NCBI GenBank assembly: GCA_023460085.1
Contig: JAEWRI010000023.1
Span: 69,412 to 133,411 of the forward strand
Length of the DNA stretch: 64,000 nucleotides
From: Bacillota bacterium
Lineage (GTDB): Bacteria; Bacillota; Clostridia; Christensenellales; SZUA-584
Direction: 5' to 3'
The position numbers and the translations under genes were made by a program. This document shows positions 37,862 to 46,713 of the stretch, piece after piece (the first letter of the stretch is position 1; the number at the start of each line of letters is the position of its first letter). The notes under the pieces are model-generated. The model saw only the letters and a program-made list of their open reading frames with translations. It had not been told where the DNA came from and ran no database searches.

Positions 37862-38446
37862 TCAGACGCGCGTGCCGCACCTCATGCAGAAGGCAGTCCC
37901 CGGCTCGATTTCACCGCCGCAGCTCGGGCAGGTTTTCGGCGCGGGCGCACCATAAGCCCCCGGCGCGGGCACATTGTAGCCTCCGGGCAGAGGAGCGCTG
38001 TAGCCGGCGCCATTGACAGGGGCCTGCGGCGCGCTGCCATCCATATGCGAAAGACGTTCGCCAATTTCCGAGACGTTATCGCGAATGTTGAGCACCACCA
38101 TGATAAGCTCCAGCAGCATACGATACAGCACGTAGGCGATCATCAGCCCAAAACCGAAAGCCGGATAGATAAACAGGCAGATGAAGCCCCCCAGCAGGCA
38201 GATCACCGCGAGCATGATATTGAGGATCTTCAGCAGCGAGGTGATCCAATACTTGTGGAAGTTCAGAAAGTCGTAGAACCATTTCGCCGCGCCCTGATAC
38301 TTTCCGCGATTGCGCGCGGGCAGAAACACGAAGAGCAGGATGATGCCCAGCAGCAAGCCCAGTATCCCGCATACGATCAATATCGTAGTGATATCCCCCA
38401 AGCCGCTAAAGCTCCCAAACAGACTGTCCCCAAAGTTAAATGGCAT
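37862..38446 (-). CDS. membrane protein with Pro/Gly/Ala-rich linker and C-terminal zinc ribbon (DUF4282-like)
   Basis: Start follows GGAGG. Has 3 TM helices. C-terminal CPSCGGEIEPGTAFCMRCG. Confidence 0.65.
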   Translation of the reverse strand: MPFNFGDSLFGSFSGLGDITTILIVCGILGLLLGIILLFVFLPARNRGKYQGAAKWFYDFLNFHKYWITSLLKILNIMLAVICLLGGFICLFIYPAFGFGLMIAYVLYRMLLELIMVVLNIRDNVSEIGERLSHMDGSAPQAPVNGAGYSAPLPGGYNVPAPGAYGAPAPKTCPSCGGEIEPGTAFCMRCGTRV

Positions 38447-38515
38447 TTGATAATACCTCCCGAATTGATAATAGATACCAGTACCTATTATATTGTGTAG
38501 GGCAGTGATTATCAA
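38447..38515. repeat. three copies of TTGATAAT (two direct, one inverted), candidate LytTR operator set
   Basis: TTGATAATA at 38447 and 38465, and ATTATCAA at 38508, all in the divergent promoter region. Confidence 0.3.
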
Positions 38516-38715
38516 TCCCGTATACTATCATAGCTTCCGTGTTTTTCCGCAAGCTTCATACCCTGCGCGGGATTGCGGACGAACCGGGCTGCTCTCCAGC
38601 GAAGATGTCCGCAATCCTGCATCTTATCGGGTTGTAATGCATTTCGTTCAGACCGGGTTGAATGCGGAGGGGCTTCACTGTACTATAGAGCCACGAGCAA
38701 TACAGGAGGATGCCC

Positions 38716-39153
38716 ATGAAACTGACCATCAATCAGTCCCCCGAGGTTTCGGAAACGGAGGTGATCATCACCTGCAGCATCGTGTCGCCTGGGCTGCAGA
38801 AGATTATCGACAGTCTCCGCGCTCTGGACTTTACGCTGAGCGGCAGAAAGGAAGACGCGTGGTTCCGGATTCCGGTAGAAAAGATACTCTACATCGATTC
38901 GGTGGACGGACGCAGCTTCATTTACAGCGCCGGCAGCTGCTACGAGAGCAAGGCCAAATTGTTTGAGCTGGAGGAGCAGCTGAAGAACATGTCTTTCCTG
39001 CGCATCAGCAAGAACACCATTGTCAACCTGCGTGCGCTGAAACAGGCCCGCCCGCTGGAGCTGGCAAAGATGGAGGTGCAGCTTAAGAACGGAGAGAAGC
39101 TCATCGTCACCCGCCATTACGTCAACGATTTCAAGAATGCCTTTGGCATATGA
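38716..39153 (+). CDS. stand-alone LytTR-family DNA-binding regulator (no receiver domain)
   Basis: LytTR core motifs ILYIDSVDGRSFIY...FLRISKNTIVNL...THY. ATG lies 6 nt after AGGAGG; an alternative ATG is at 38710. Confidence 0.8.
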   Translation: MKLTINQSPEVSETEVIITCSIVSPGLQKIIDSLRALDFTLSGRKEDAWFRIPVEKILYIDSVDGRSFIYSAGSCYESKAKLFELEEQLKNMSFLRISKNTIVNLRALKQARPLELAKMEVQLKNGEKLIVTRHYVNDFKNAFGI

Positions 39154-39165
39154 AAGGAGTGCGCC

Positions 39166-39597
39166 ATGAAAACCAGATCCGCTTTTTTTAGCAGGATCAC
39201 CGGCACCACTATGGTTTACACGCTCGTGGTCGTCATCACCAGCCTGAACCGTATGCTGGAGATGGGCATGGACTGGAAGGTGTCCAACCTGTATTTCCTT
39301 CAGCTGTTTGCGATGATCGTCGCGCTGGAGGCGGTCGACGCCCTCATTTTCCGTCTGATAGACAAGCTTGCCGTGTTTCTCCCCGTCAACTTTATCGCCA
39401 TGCTGGGGCTGACCTTCGGGGCGGGGCTGCTGTTTGGCTGGTTTGCGTTCACGCTGGATAGTCTGGCATCGGTGGGGGTCATCGTGCTGCTGGTCTATGG
39501 GCTTACCTACTGGTTTCTTATCAGCAAGAACAAAGCCGACGCAGCAAAAATCAACGCAAAGCTCAGCGAGCAGGACCGGGATAAGCCTTCCGCATAG
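39166..39597 (+). CDS. DUF3021-type 4-TM membrane protein (partner of the LytTR regulator)
   Basis: Starts 12 nt after the LytTR stop. Four hydrophobic segments. Typical LytTR-adjacent family. Confidence 0.7.
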   Translation: MKTRSAFFSRITGTTMVYTLVVVITSLNRMLEMGMDWKVSNLYFLQLFAMIVALEAVDALIFRLIDKLAVFLPVNFIAMLGLTFGAGLLFGWFAFTLDSLASVGVIVLLVYGLTYWFLISKNKADAAKINAKLSEQDRDKPSA

Positions 39598-39652
39598 CCC
39601 GCTGCGCGTTATGCGGCGATTCAATGCCCATAAAACTATCTCCCTGCAAATC

Positions 39653-39685
39653 AAAAAGCGCCGGATGCGAAAAGCATTCCGGCGC
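39653..39685 (-). terminator. intrinsic terminator (minus strand)
   Basis: GCGCCGGATGC/GCATTCCGGCGC stem with a U-run on the minus strand. Confidence 0.6.
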
Positions 39686-39705
39686 AATAGCGTCCAGTCA
39701 TTCCC

Positions 39706-40296
39706 TTACGGCACGGTAATCTCCGCCACGCAGATGAGCTCGTTGCCCAGCATGTAGAACGTGAACTGCGCGCCGCCCTCCGCCGAAGCGACGTAGCTCG
39801 AGAAGTCTTCGCCGATGTCCCCCGTCACGCGCCCGTCAAACTGCGCGCACGCGTAGCTGGCGTCCATCTGTTCCGAAAGCTCCTCCTCGTTCAGCAGATA
39901 CGGGTCTCCGCTACCCTCCGTAAAATCAGGGTTGTAGTCCAGGCGGTCATACGTCAGCATGCAGCCCGCTTCCGAAACATACGCCTCGGTGACGAGCGCC
40001 GGAAATGCGGTGAGCGGCGCGTCCGAGGCGCTGACGGAATCCAGCAGGCTGCCGATATCCACAGAGCCCGAGTCATACTCGCCCTCAAAGTCCGAGCCCT
40101 CCTGCGCCTGCGCAAGCTCCTCCTCCAGCACCACAATCTGCGCCTGCAGCGAAGCGATCTGCTGATTGAGATCCTCCAGCACGCCCGCCTGCGGGGTGCT
40201 GTCCTGCGGCTGCTGCGTCTGCGCGCCGCACGCGCACAGCGCGGCCAGCAGCACGATGCAGATGCCCACGCGGATTGCCTTCAGTGCGTTGTCCAT
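39706..40296 (-). CDS. lipoprotein with coiled-coil segment, hypothetical
   Basis: Signal/lipobox LLAALCACG. Coiled segment is LNQQIASLQAQIVVLEEELAQAQE. Confidence 0.6.
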   Translation of the reverse strand: MDNALKAIRVGICIVLLAALCACGAQTQQPQDSTPQAGVLEDLNQQIASLQAQIVVLEEELAQAQEGSDFEGEYDSGSVDIGSLLDSVSASDAPLTAFPALVTEAYVSEAGCMLTYDRLDYNPDFTEGSGDPYLLNEEELSEQMDASYACAQFDGRVTGDIGEDFSSYVASAEGGAQFTFYMLGNELICVAEITVP

Positions 40297-40306
40297 GATG
40301 TCCCCC

Positions 40307-40339
40307 TTGCCTTTCGCAAAAAATAAGGAAGGGAAGCCT
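40307..40339 (-). terminator. hairpin terminator after the V-ATPase operon
   Basis: AAGGGAAGC/GCTTCCCTT stem followed by CCTTATTTTTT on the minus strand. Confidence 0.55.
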
Positions 40340-40347
40340 CGCTTCCC

Positions 40348-40989
40348 TTATTGACTGTCTCTTCCCGCTATCATATCCTTGGTCTTCATCAGCCGCACGA
40401 GGCTGCCGCGCTCGTTCTCGTCCAGCTTCATGCGGATGTACTTGATGGTCTCCTGCAGCTGCGGTATCATCACGTACTCCAGCGCGTTCACCCGGCGGCG
40501 CGTCTTCTCTATTTCGTCGGCCAGCAGGTTGCATGTCTTCTCCAGTTCCGCCAATTCCACCATCTGCGGCAGCACCGCGGCGAGACTTGCCACCGCACTG
40601 TCCAGCTCCGCCGAGGTCGTCAGCATGCCGTACGGGAAAAACACCTGCTCGCGCTTCTTCTCCTTATAGGATATGCGCGGCACATGCACGCTCATGATAT
40701 TGGCCTTGGCTACCGTAAGCTCCACCTCGCGCACGGGGTACAGCAGCGCCTCGTCCATGGCCTCTTTGGACATCGCCACACGCGCCAGCACGAAGCCGGA
40801 GAGCGCCTTGCCGAGCGCCTCTTCCACCTGCGCGCGCAGCTCCCGGTTGCGGCGGATGAGCAGCATGAACTGGCGCACCATCTCGTCGCGCTTGTCCTTC
40901 AAAAGCTTGTGTCCCCGCGAAGCCACAACGAGCCGCTTTTTCAGCTTCGTCAGCTCCATGCGGGTGGGATTCACCCTCAATATCGCCAT
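40348..40989 (-). CDS. ntpD: V-type ATP synthase subunit D
   Basis: MAILRVNPTRMEL...; size and operon position fit subunit D. Confidence 0.9.
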   Translation of the reverse strand: MAILRVNPTRMELTKLKKRLVVASRGHKLLKDKRDEMVRQFMLLIRRNRELRAQVEEALGKALSGFVLARVAMSKEAMDEALLYPVREVELTVAKANIMSVHVPRISYKEKKREQVFFPYGMLTTSAELDSAVASLAAVLPQMVELAELEKTCNLLADEIEKTRRRVNALEYVMIPQLQETIKYIRMKLDENERGSLVRLMKTKDMIAGRDSQ

Positions 40990-40992
40990 TGG

Positions 40993-42369
40993 TTACTCCT
41001 CAGCGGGCAGATACTTTTCGATCAGCGCGTCCTTGATGCGCTTGAGCTCGGACTTCGGCAGTATCTTCAGCAGCTTCCAGCCGAGATTCAGCGTCTCCTC
41101 GATGGGGCGGTTGCGCTCGTAGCCCTGCGATACGTATTCGCGCTCGAACGCGTCCGCGAAACGGGCATACAGCTTATCCACGTCGGACAGCGCCGCTTCG
41201 CCCAGAATGACGGACAATTCCTTGGCGTCCTTGCCCCGCGCATACGCCGCAAACAGCTGGTTCATGGTGTCGGCGTGATCCTCGCGGGTCTTGCCCTTGC
41301 CGATGCCCTTGTCCTTCAGGCGCGAAAGCGACGGCAGCACGTCGATGGGCGGCGTCACGCCCTTGCGCAGCAGCTCTCTGGAGAGTATGATCTGCCCCTC
41401 GGTGATGTAGCCGGTGAGGTCCGGAATTGGGTGCGTCTTGTCGTCCTCCGGCATGGTCAGTATGGGAATCTGCGTGACGGAGCCGGTGCGGCCCTTTACG
41501 CGGCCCGCGCGCTCGTACATGGACGCAAGGTCGGTATAGAGATAGCCCGGATAGCCTCTGCGGCCCGGCACTTCCTTGCGCGCCGCGGAAACCTCGCGCA
41601 GCGCCTCGGCGTAGTTCGTGATATCCGTGATGATGACCAGCACGTGCAGGCCCTTCTCGTAAGCGAGATACTCCGCCGCCGTCAGCGCCATGCGCGGCGT
41701 AGAGATACGCTCGATGGCTGGGTCGTCCGCGAGGTTGACGAACAGCACGGTGCGCTCGATGGCGCCCGTCTTTTTAAAGTCGCTGATGAAGAAGTCCGCT
41801 TCCTCGAACGTGATGCCCACCGCGGCGAACACCACCGCGAAATTGGACTCGCCGCCCAGCACCTTCGCCTGACGCGCGATCTGCGCCGCCAGCTGCGCGT
41901 GCGGCAGGCCGGAGCCGGAGAACACGGGCAGCTTCTGTCCGCGCACCAGCGTATTCAGGCCGTCGATGGCCGATATGCCCGTCTGAATGAACTCCTCCGG
42001 GTAATCTCTGGCCGCCGGGTTGATGGGCGCGCCGTTGATGTCCATGCGCTTCTCGGGGATGATGGCCGGGCCGCCGTCAATGGGCTCGCCCATGCCGTCG
42101 AACACGCGGCCCAGCATGTCGTACGATACGCTGAGCTCGATGCTCTTGCCCAGAAACCGCGCCTTGGACGTGGCTATCTTCAGGCCCTGAGAGCTCTCGA
42201 ACAGCTGCACGAGCGCCTTGTCGCCGTTGATTTCCAGCACCTTGCCGCGGCGCACTTCGCCGCTGGCCTGCTCTATCTCCACGAGCTCGTCGTATTTGAC
42301 GCCCTCGACGCCCGTGACGAGCATCAGAGGCCCTACGACCTCCTGAATCGTGCGATATTCCTTAAGCAA
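40993..42369 (-). CDS. ntpB: V-type ATP synthase subunit B
   Basis: Typical non-catalytic B-subunit sequence. 458 aa. Confidence 0.95.
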   Translation of the reverse strand: MLKEYRTIQEVVGPLMLVTGVEGVKYDELVEIEQASGEVRRGKVLEINGDKALVQLFESSQGLKIATSKARFLGKSIELSVSYDMLGRVFDGMGEPIDGGPAIIPEKRMDINGAPINPAARDYPEEFIQTGISAIDGLNTLVRGQKLPVFSGSGLPHAQLAAQIARQAKVLGGESNFAVVFAAVGITFEEADFFISDFKKTGAIERTVLFVNLADDPAIERISTPRMALTAAEYLAYEKGLHVLVIITDITNYAEALREVSAARKEVPGRRGYPGYLYTDLASMYERAGRVKGRTGSVTQIPILTMPEDDKTHPIPDLTGYITEGQIILSRELLRKGVTPPIDVLPSLSRLKDKGIGKGKTREDHADTMNQLFAAYARGKDAKELSVILGEAALSDVDKLYARFADAFEREYVSQGYERNRPIEETLNLGWKLLKILPKSELKRIKDALIEKYLPAEE

Positions 42370-44137
42370 TGTCGATCTCCCCTTCCTCGTAGAGCGCGCT
42401 CATCTGCTGCTCCAGCTTGGCGTCGATTTCGGCAAAGCGGTGCGCCATGTCCTTTTCCTCCACGTACTTTGCGCGGCCGATGTCCTCCCGGACGGACAGC
42501 GCCGATACCTTGGAAAACTCCGCGCCGGCGTCCAGCGCCTTCTGGCCCAGCTCGCCCCACTTCAGTATCAGCTTCAGCATCCCAAACTGCTTCTGCATCG
42601 AGGTATACGTATCCGTCTCGTGGAACGCGTTCTGGTGCAGATAGTCCTCGCGGATGGAACGCGCCGTCTCCAGCTTCAGTCTGTCCTTCAGCGACAATGC
42701 GTCCACGCCGACCAGACGCACGATTTCTTCGAGCTCGGCTTCTTCCTGCAGCAGCTGCATGGTCTTTTTGCGCAGCTCCATCCACTCGGGCGAAACGTTG
42801 CCGTCGAACCATTCCGACAGACGATCCACATACAGCGAATAGCTGGTCAGCCAGTCGATGGCCGGGAAATGCCGCTTGTACGCGAGCGAAGCCGACAGCC
42901 CCCAGAACACCTTGACGATGCGCAACGTCGCCTGCGAAACCGGCTCCGAAATATCGCCGCCCGGCGGGGAAACCGCGCCGATGGCCGTAATCGCGCCGAT
43001 GCGCCCGTCTCTGCCCAGCGCCTTCACCATGCCCGCGCGCTCGTAGAACTGCGCCAGGCGCGACGACAGATACGCGGGATAGCCTTCGTCGCCCGGCATC
43101 TCTTCCAGACGGCCCGACATCTCGCGCAGCGCTTCCGCCCAGCGCGAGGTGGAGTCCGCCATGATGGCGACTTTATAGCCCATGTCGCGGAAGTACTCCG
43201 CGATCGTAATGCCTGTGTATATGGAAGCCTCGCGCGCCGCCACCGGCATGTCGCTGGTGTTGGCGATGAGCACCGTCCGCTTCATCAGCGGTTCGCCGCT
43301 GCGCGGGTCTTTCAGCTCCGGGAACTCCATCAGCACGTCGGTCATCTCGTTGCCGCGTTCGCCGCAGCCCACGTACACGATGATGTCGGCGTCCGCCCAC
43401 TTCGCGAGCTGGTGCTGCACCACCGTCTTGCCGCTGCCGAAAGGACCCGGCACCGCGGCCACGCCGCCCTTGGCCACCGGGAACAGGGTGTCGATGACGC
43501 GCTGCCCTGTGATCATGGGCTCCGTCGGGGCCATCTTCTCGCCGTAGGGCCTGCCTCGCCGCACCGGCCAGCGCTGCAGCATCGAAAGCTCCTTCACCTC
43601 GCCCGAGGCGGTCTTCAGCTTCGCAACGATATCGTCGATGGTATATTCGCCGTCCGCGATAGACTCCACCGTACCGGAAACGCCCGGCGGCACCATGATG
43701 TAGTGCGTTACGAGCGTGGTCTCCTGCACGCTGCCGAGGTAGTCGCCCGCCGTGACGGCGTCGCCCTTCTTCGCGATGGGCTGGAATTTCCACTTCTTCT
43801 CGTGATCCAGCGGCGCGATCGCCACGCCGCGGTGAATTCTGTCCCCCGCCGTTTCACGAATCTTGTCCAGCGGGCGCTGAATGCCGTCGAATATGGACTC
43901 CACAAGGCCCGGCCCCAGCTCTACCGAAAGCGGGCTGCCCGTGGGAAATACCGGTTCCCCGGGCCCCAGGCCGCTGGTCTCCTCATATACCTGTATGGAC
44001 GCCATGTCCCCGCGCAGCTCGATGATCTCGCCTATCAGCTTCTCGTTGCTGACGCGCACGACGTCGTACATCTCGCTCTGGCCGAGGCCGTCCGCCACAA
44101 TCAGCGGGCCGGAAACCTTGACTATTCTGCCTTCCAT
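42362..44137 (-). CDS. ntpA: V-type ATP synthase catalytic subunit A
   Basis: Walker A GPFGSGKT. 591 aa. Confidence 0.95.
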   Translation of the reverse strand: MEGRIVKVSGPLIVADGLGQSEMYDVVRVSNEKLIGEIIELRGDMASIQVYEETSGLGPGEPVFPTGSPLSVELGPGLVESIFDGIQRPLDKIRETAGDRIHRGVAIAPLDHEKKWKFQPIAKKGDAVTAGDYLGSVQETTLVTHYIMVPPGVSGTVESIADGEYTIDDIVAKLKTASGEVKELSMLQRWPVRRGRPYGEKMAPTEPMITGQRVIDTLFPVAKGGVAAVPGPFGSGKTVVQHQLAKWADADIIVYVGCGERGNEMTDVLMEFPELKDPRSGEPLMKRTVLIANTSDMPVAAREASIYTGITIAEYFRDMGYKVAIMADSTSRWAEALREMSGRLEEMPGDEGYPAYLSSRLAQFYERAGMVKALGRDGRIGAITAIGAVSPPGGDISEPVSQATLRIVKVFWGLSASLAYKRHFPAIDWLTSYSLYVDRLSEWFDGNVSPEWMELRKKTMQLLQEEAELEEIVRLVGVDALSLKDRLKLETARSIREDYLHQNAFHETDTYTSMQKQFGMLKLILKWGELGQKALDAGAEFSKVSALSVREDIGRAKYVEEKDMAHRFAEIDAKLEQQMSALYEEGEIDIA

Positions 44138-44203
44138 ATGCTCTGATCCCTTCCTGGTCCGCCGCCGGGAACCGCGCCCGCGCGGACTGCATGTTTGCCA
44201 GTC

Positions 44204-44530
44204 TTACTTTATATTCTCGTCCCTGAATATCACGTCCGAGCCGATCGCTTTCTCCACGTTGGCGCGGATGCCCTTCATTCCAAAGCCCGTCGAACCGCGG
44301 TTTCCCGGTATCGGGATGATCGCGGGGAACGGCTGCGTCTTGAAGCGGTCTATGGTCTCCGCCGCAGCTTCCGCCGCCTGCTCCGTAACAAAGAGTATGG
44401 CGTACCCCTCGCCCGACAGCCGGAAGATCTCCCGCGAGACCTCCGCACCCGTGGCGGGATATACATCTATACCCAGTGAGCGAAAGCCCAGTATGCTGTC
44501 CATATCCCCGATGACGCCTATCTTGTTCAT
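44204..44530 (-). CDS. ntpG: V-type ATP synthase subunit F
   Basis: 108 aa, beginning MNKIGVIGDMDSILGFRSLG. Confidence 0.85.
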   Translation of the reverse strand: MNKIGVIGDMDSILGFRSLGIDVYPATGAEVSREIFRLSGEGYAILFVTEQAAEAAAETIDRFKTQPFPAIIPIPGNRGSTGFGMKGIRANVEKAIGSDVIFRDENIK

Positions 44531-44541
44531 TGTCTCCCTCG

Positions 44542-45537
44542 CTAATACAACTCTTTCAGCCGCGCCGTCACGGTCTCATCGCTGATGCCGCCCAGCTTGG
44601 CGGTCATCACCAGACGCACCGCCTCGGCTTCACGCTGCCGCGCGATATAATAGCCCATCAACGGTCCGACGCCAAACATGTCGTCGCGCGCCTTCTCCAG
44701 CATCGCCAGCAAATAATCGTCGCGCGCCTTCTCCAGCATGTAGAGGCTGCCCGTTTTCTGGTACTCGGCAAAGGCGTCCGCCAAGGCATAGCGGTACTCC
44801 CGCGGCAGCGCCGCAGCCATCACGCCTTCGTCCGGAACATCAAACGCCTTGGCGAAAACGCACCGCTCCACCGTGCCGCCTTTGACGAACACGCGCTCGA
44901 ACGTCTCCTTGCCGTAACCGGCGGCGCGCACGCGCATCAGCGCGATGAAGTTCGTCAGATCGAAATAAGCCTCAAAGTATTCCGTTACGAGCGGGTCCTT
45001 CAGCTCTGCCAGCAGGTTGCGGATCTCTTTGGCGTAGGCCCTGTCTAGCGCGAGCCCGACGATGGAGGCGTCCGCCGCCGCCGCAAACCTGCGGTCGATA
45101 TAGTGCAAACCCGCCGTCATGGTTTCCGGCAAATCGCGGTAGCTGTTCTCGCTGATCGCGCGCCGCAGCGTCTCCACCGGAATGCTGCCCGGCGTAAGCG
45201 GCACACTGTCCAGCGGCTTGTCCTGCATCAGCAGCTTCACCAGCACCTTCATGTTGCCGAAGTCCCGCCCGCCGCGCATGATTTTCGTAAACGTATCGCT
45301 GGGGGATACGGCAATAAGCAGCGCATCGGCATCCGCCAGCTCCTTGTCTATCAGCTGCTCCACCGATGCGCCCGCGGGCGACGGCTGTCCGTAGCCCAAC
45401 TCGCCCAGCGCGCGCAGCGCGGCGTCGTAATCCTTCGCCTCGATGATGCGCGCAATCTTTTCCTTGGTTATCAGCCTGCCCTCCAGCGCCTTGACGCGTG
45501 CCGAGGCGAAAGGGAAGCTGCTCATGGTTTGCGACAT
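44542..45537 (-). CDS. ntpC: V-type ATP synthase subunit C (d-like)
   Basis: 331 aa. Position lies between E and F. Confidence 0.85.
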   Translation of the reverse strand: MSQTMSSFPFASARVKALEGRLITKEKIARIIEAKDYDAALRALGELGYGQPSPAGASVEQLIDKELADADALLIAVSPSDTFTKIMRGGRDFGNMKVLVKLLMQDKPLDSVPLTPGSIPVETLRRAISENSYRDLPETMTAGLHYIDRRFAAAADASIVGLALDRAYAKEIRNLLAELKDPLVTEYFEAYFDLTNFIALMRVRAAGYGKETFERVFVKGGTVERCVFAKAFDVPDEGVMAAALPREYRYALADAFAEYQKTGSLYMLEKARDDYLLAMLEKARDDMFGVGPLMGYYIARQREAEAVRLVMTAKLGGISDETVTARLKELY

Positions 45538-45554
45538 ATCTCACCCGTCATCCG

Positions 45555-46160
45555 TTAATCAAACAGTAGCTTCGCGACATCCGTTTCAGAATCATGCCAC
45601 GCTTCATTCAGCTGCGCCTCCAGCGACATATTGACCTCCATGCCGCCCTCCACGTAGATGAAACCGCCCTTCATATCGCGCCGTTCGAGCATCAAGGTTA
45701 CTGCCCCCTGGCCCGCGGTCTTTTTCAGCTCCGCGTTGACATCCTTTAAGAACGCTTCGTTCAGCCGCGTCTCCGCTTTGCCCACGATGATGCCGCCCGT
45801 GCCCGACGCGGCGCACTCCAGCAGCTTTCGCTTCATCAGCACCAGATAAGCCGCATCGGTAAGGCCGCAAAGCATTTCCATCGCCAGGTCTTTGGCCTTG
45901 CCCATGGCTTCCTGCTTGGCCGCCAGCGTCTGCTTGCGATACTCCAAATCGTAAACGGCCGTCATGCGGCGCTCGTTCTCGCGGATCGCCTCTGCGGAGT
46001 CGCGTTCAATCTGCGCGGCGGCGGCTTCGATATCACGCTCCGCTGCCTCTCGCAGGGCACGCTTCTTATCCTCCGCATCCTGCCAATACCGCTCGGCGTC
46101 GTGCTGCGCGTCGCCCGCTATCTTCTCGATGAGTTTTTCCACTCCGGCCAAAGCTATCAC
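45555..46160 (-). CDS. ntpE: V-type ATP synthase subunit E
   Basis: 201 aa with a long N-terminal charged helix. Confidence 0.8.
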   Translation of the reverse strand: MIALAGVEKLIEKIAGDAQHDAERYWQDAEDKKRALREAAERDIEAAAAQIERDSAEAIRENERRMTAVYDLEYRKQTLAAKQEAMGKAKDLAMEMLCGLTDAAYLVLMKRKLLECAASGTGGIIVGKAETRLNEAFLKDVNAELKKTAGQGAVTLMLERRDMKGGFIYVEGGMEVNMSLEAQLNEAWHDSETDVAKLLFD

Positions 46161-46657
46161 CCTTTGAAGGCGTTGCCGCTCAGCAGCACCGTCAGCATGG
46201 ATACCAGCAGCGCCAGCACCGCGTAGGTTTCCACCATGATTGCCATGGTGATGGCCTTACCGGACTCTTCCGGCTTTTTGCCCAGAAGGCCGATACCAGA
46301 GACCGCCGTCTTACCCTGCGCTATCGCGGAAGAGTAGCCGACGAACGCGATGGGCAGCGAGCCCATGAAGTATACCAACCCCTGCGAAACCGAAATGGGG
46401 GTGTCCAGCGGCGAAATGACACCGTTGTTGAGCAGTATCAAAAACGCCACGAGCAGCCCGTAGATGCCCTGCGTGCCGGGAAGCGCCTGCAGCACGAGCG
46501 CACGTCCGAACAATTCCGGATTTTCCGATACGATGCCCGCGGAAGCCTGTCCCGCCATGCCTACGCCCTTTGCCGATCCGATGCCCGCCAGCGTGGCCGC
46601 CAGCGCCGCACCAATCGTTGAAATCACCAATCCCAGATAACCGTCGAAAATCTCCAT
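46157..46657 (-). CDS. ntpK: V-type ATP synthase subunit K (4-TM rotor proteolipid)
   Basis: GIGSAKGVG repeat architecture. Contains PGTQG, AQGK and MVETYA motifs. Confidence 0.9.
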   Translation of the reverse strand: MEIFDGYLGLVISTIGAALAATLAGIGSAKGVGMAGQASAGIVSENPELFGRALVLQALPGTQGIYGLLVAFLILLNNGVISPLDTPISVSQGLVYFMGSLPIAFVGYSSAIAQGKTAVSGIGLLGKKPEESGKAITMAIMVETYAVLALLVSMLTVLLSGNAFKG

Positions 46658-46713
46658 ATCAAACTCCTTTTGTATATCATCCGACCATCTTTATTTGTTC
46701 TTCAGGCAGTGGG

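Noticed and set aside
40351-44146. 854-aa and 598-aa plus-strand ORFs spanning V-ATPase subunits D, B and A.
   Set aside because: They are antisense shadow ORFs with low-complexity Arg/Leu/His composition. The minus strand carries canonical V-ATPase genes with Walker motifs.
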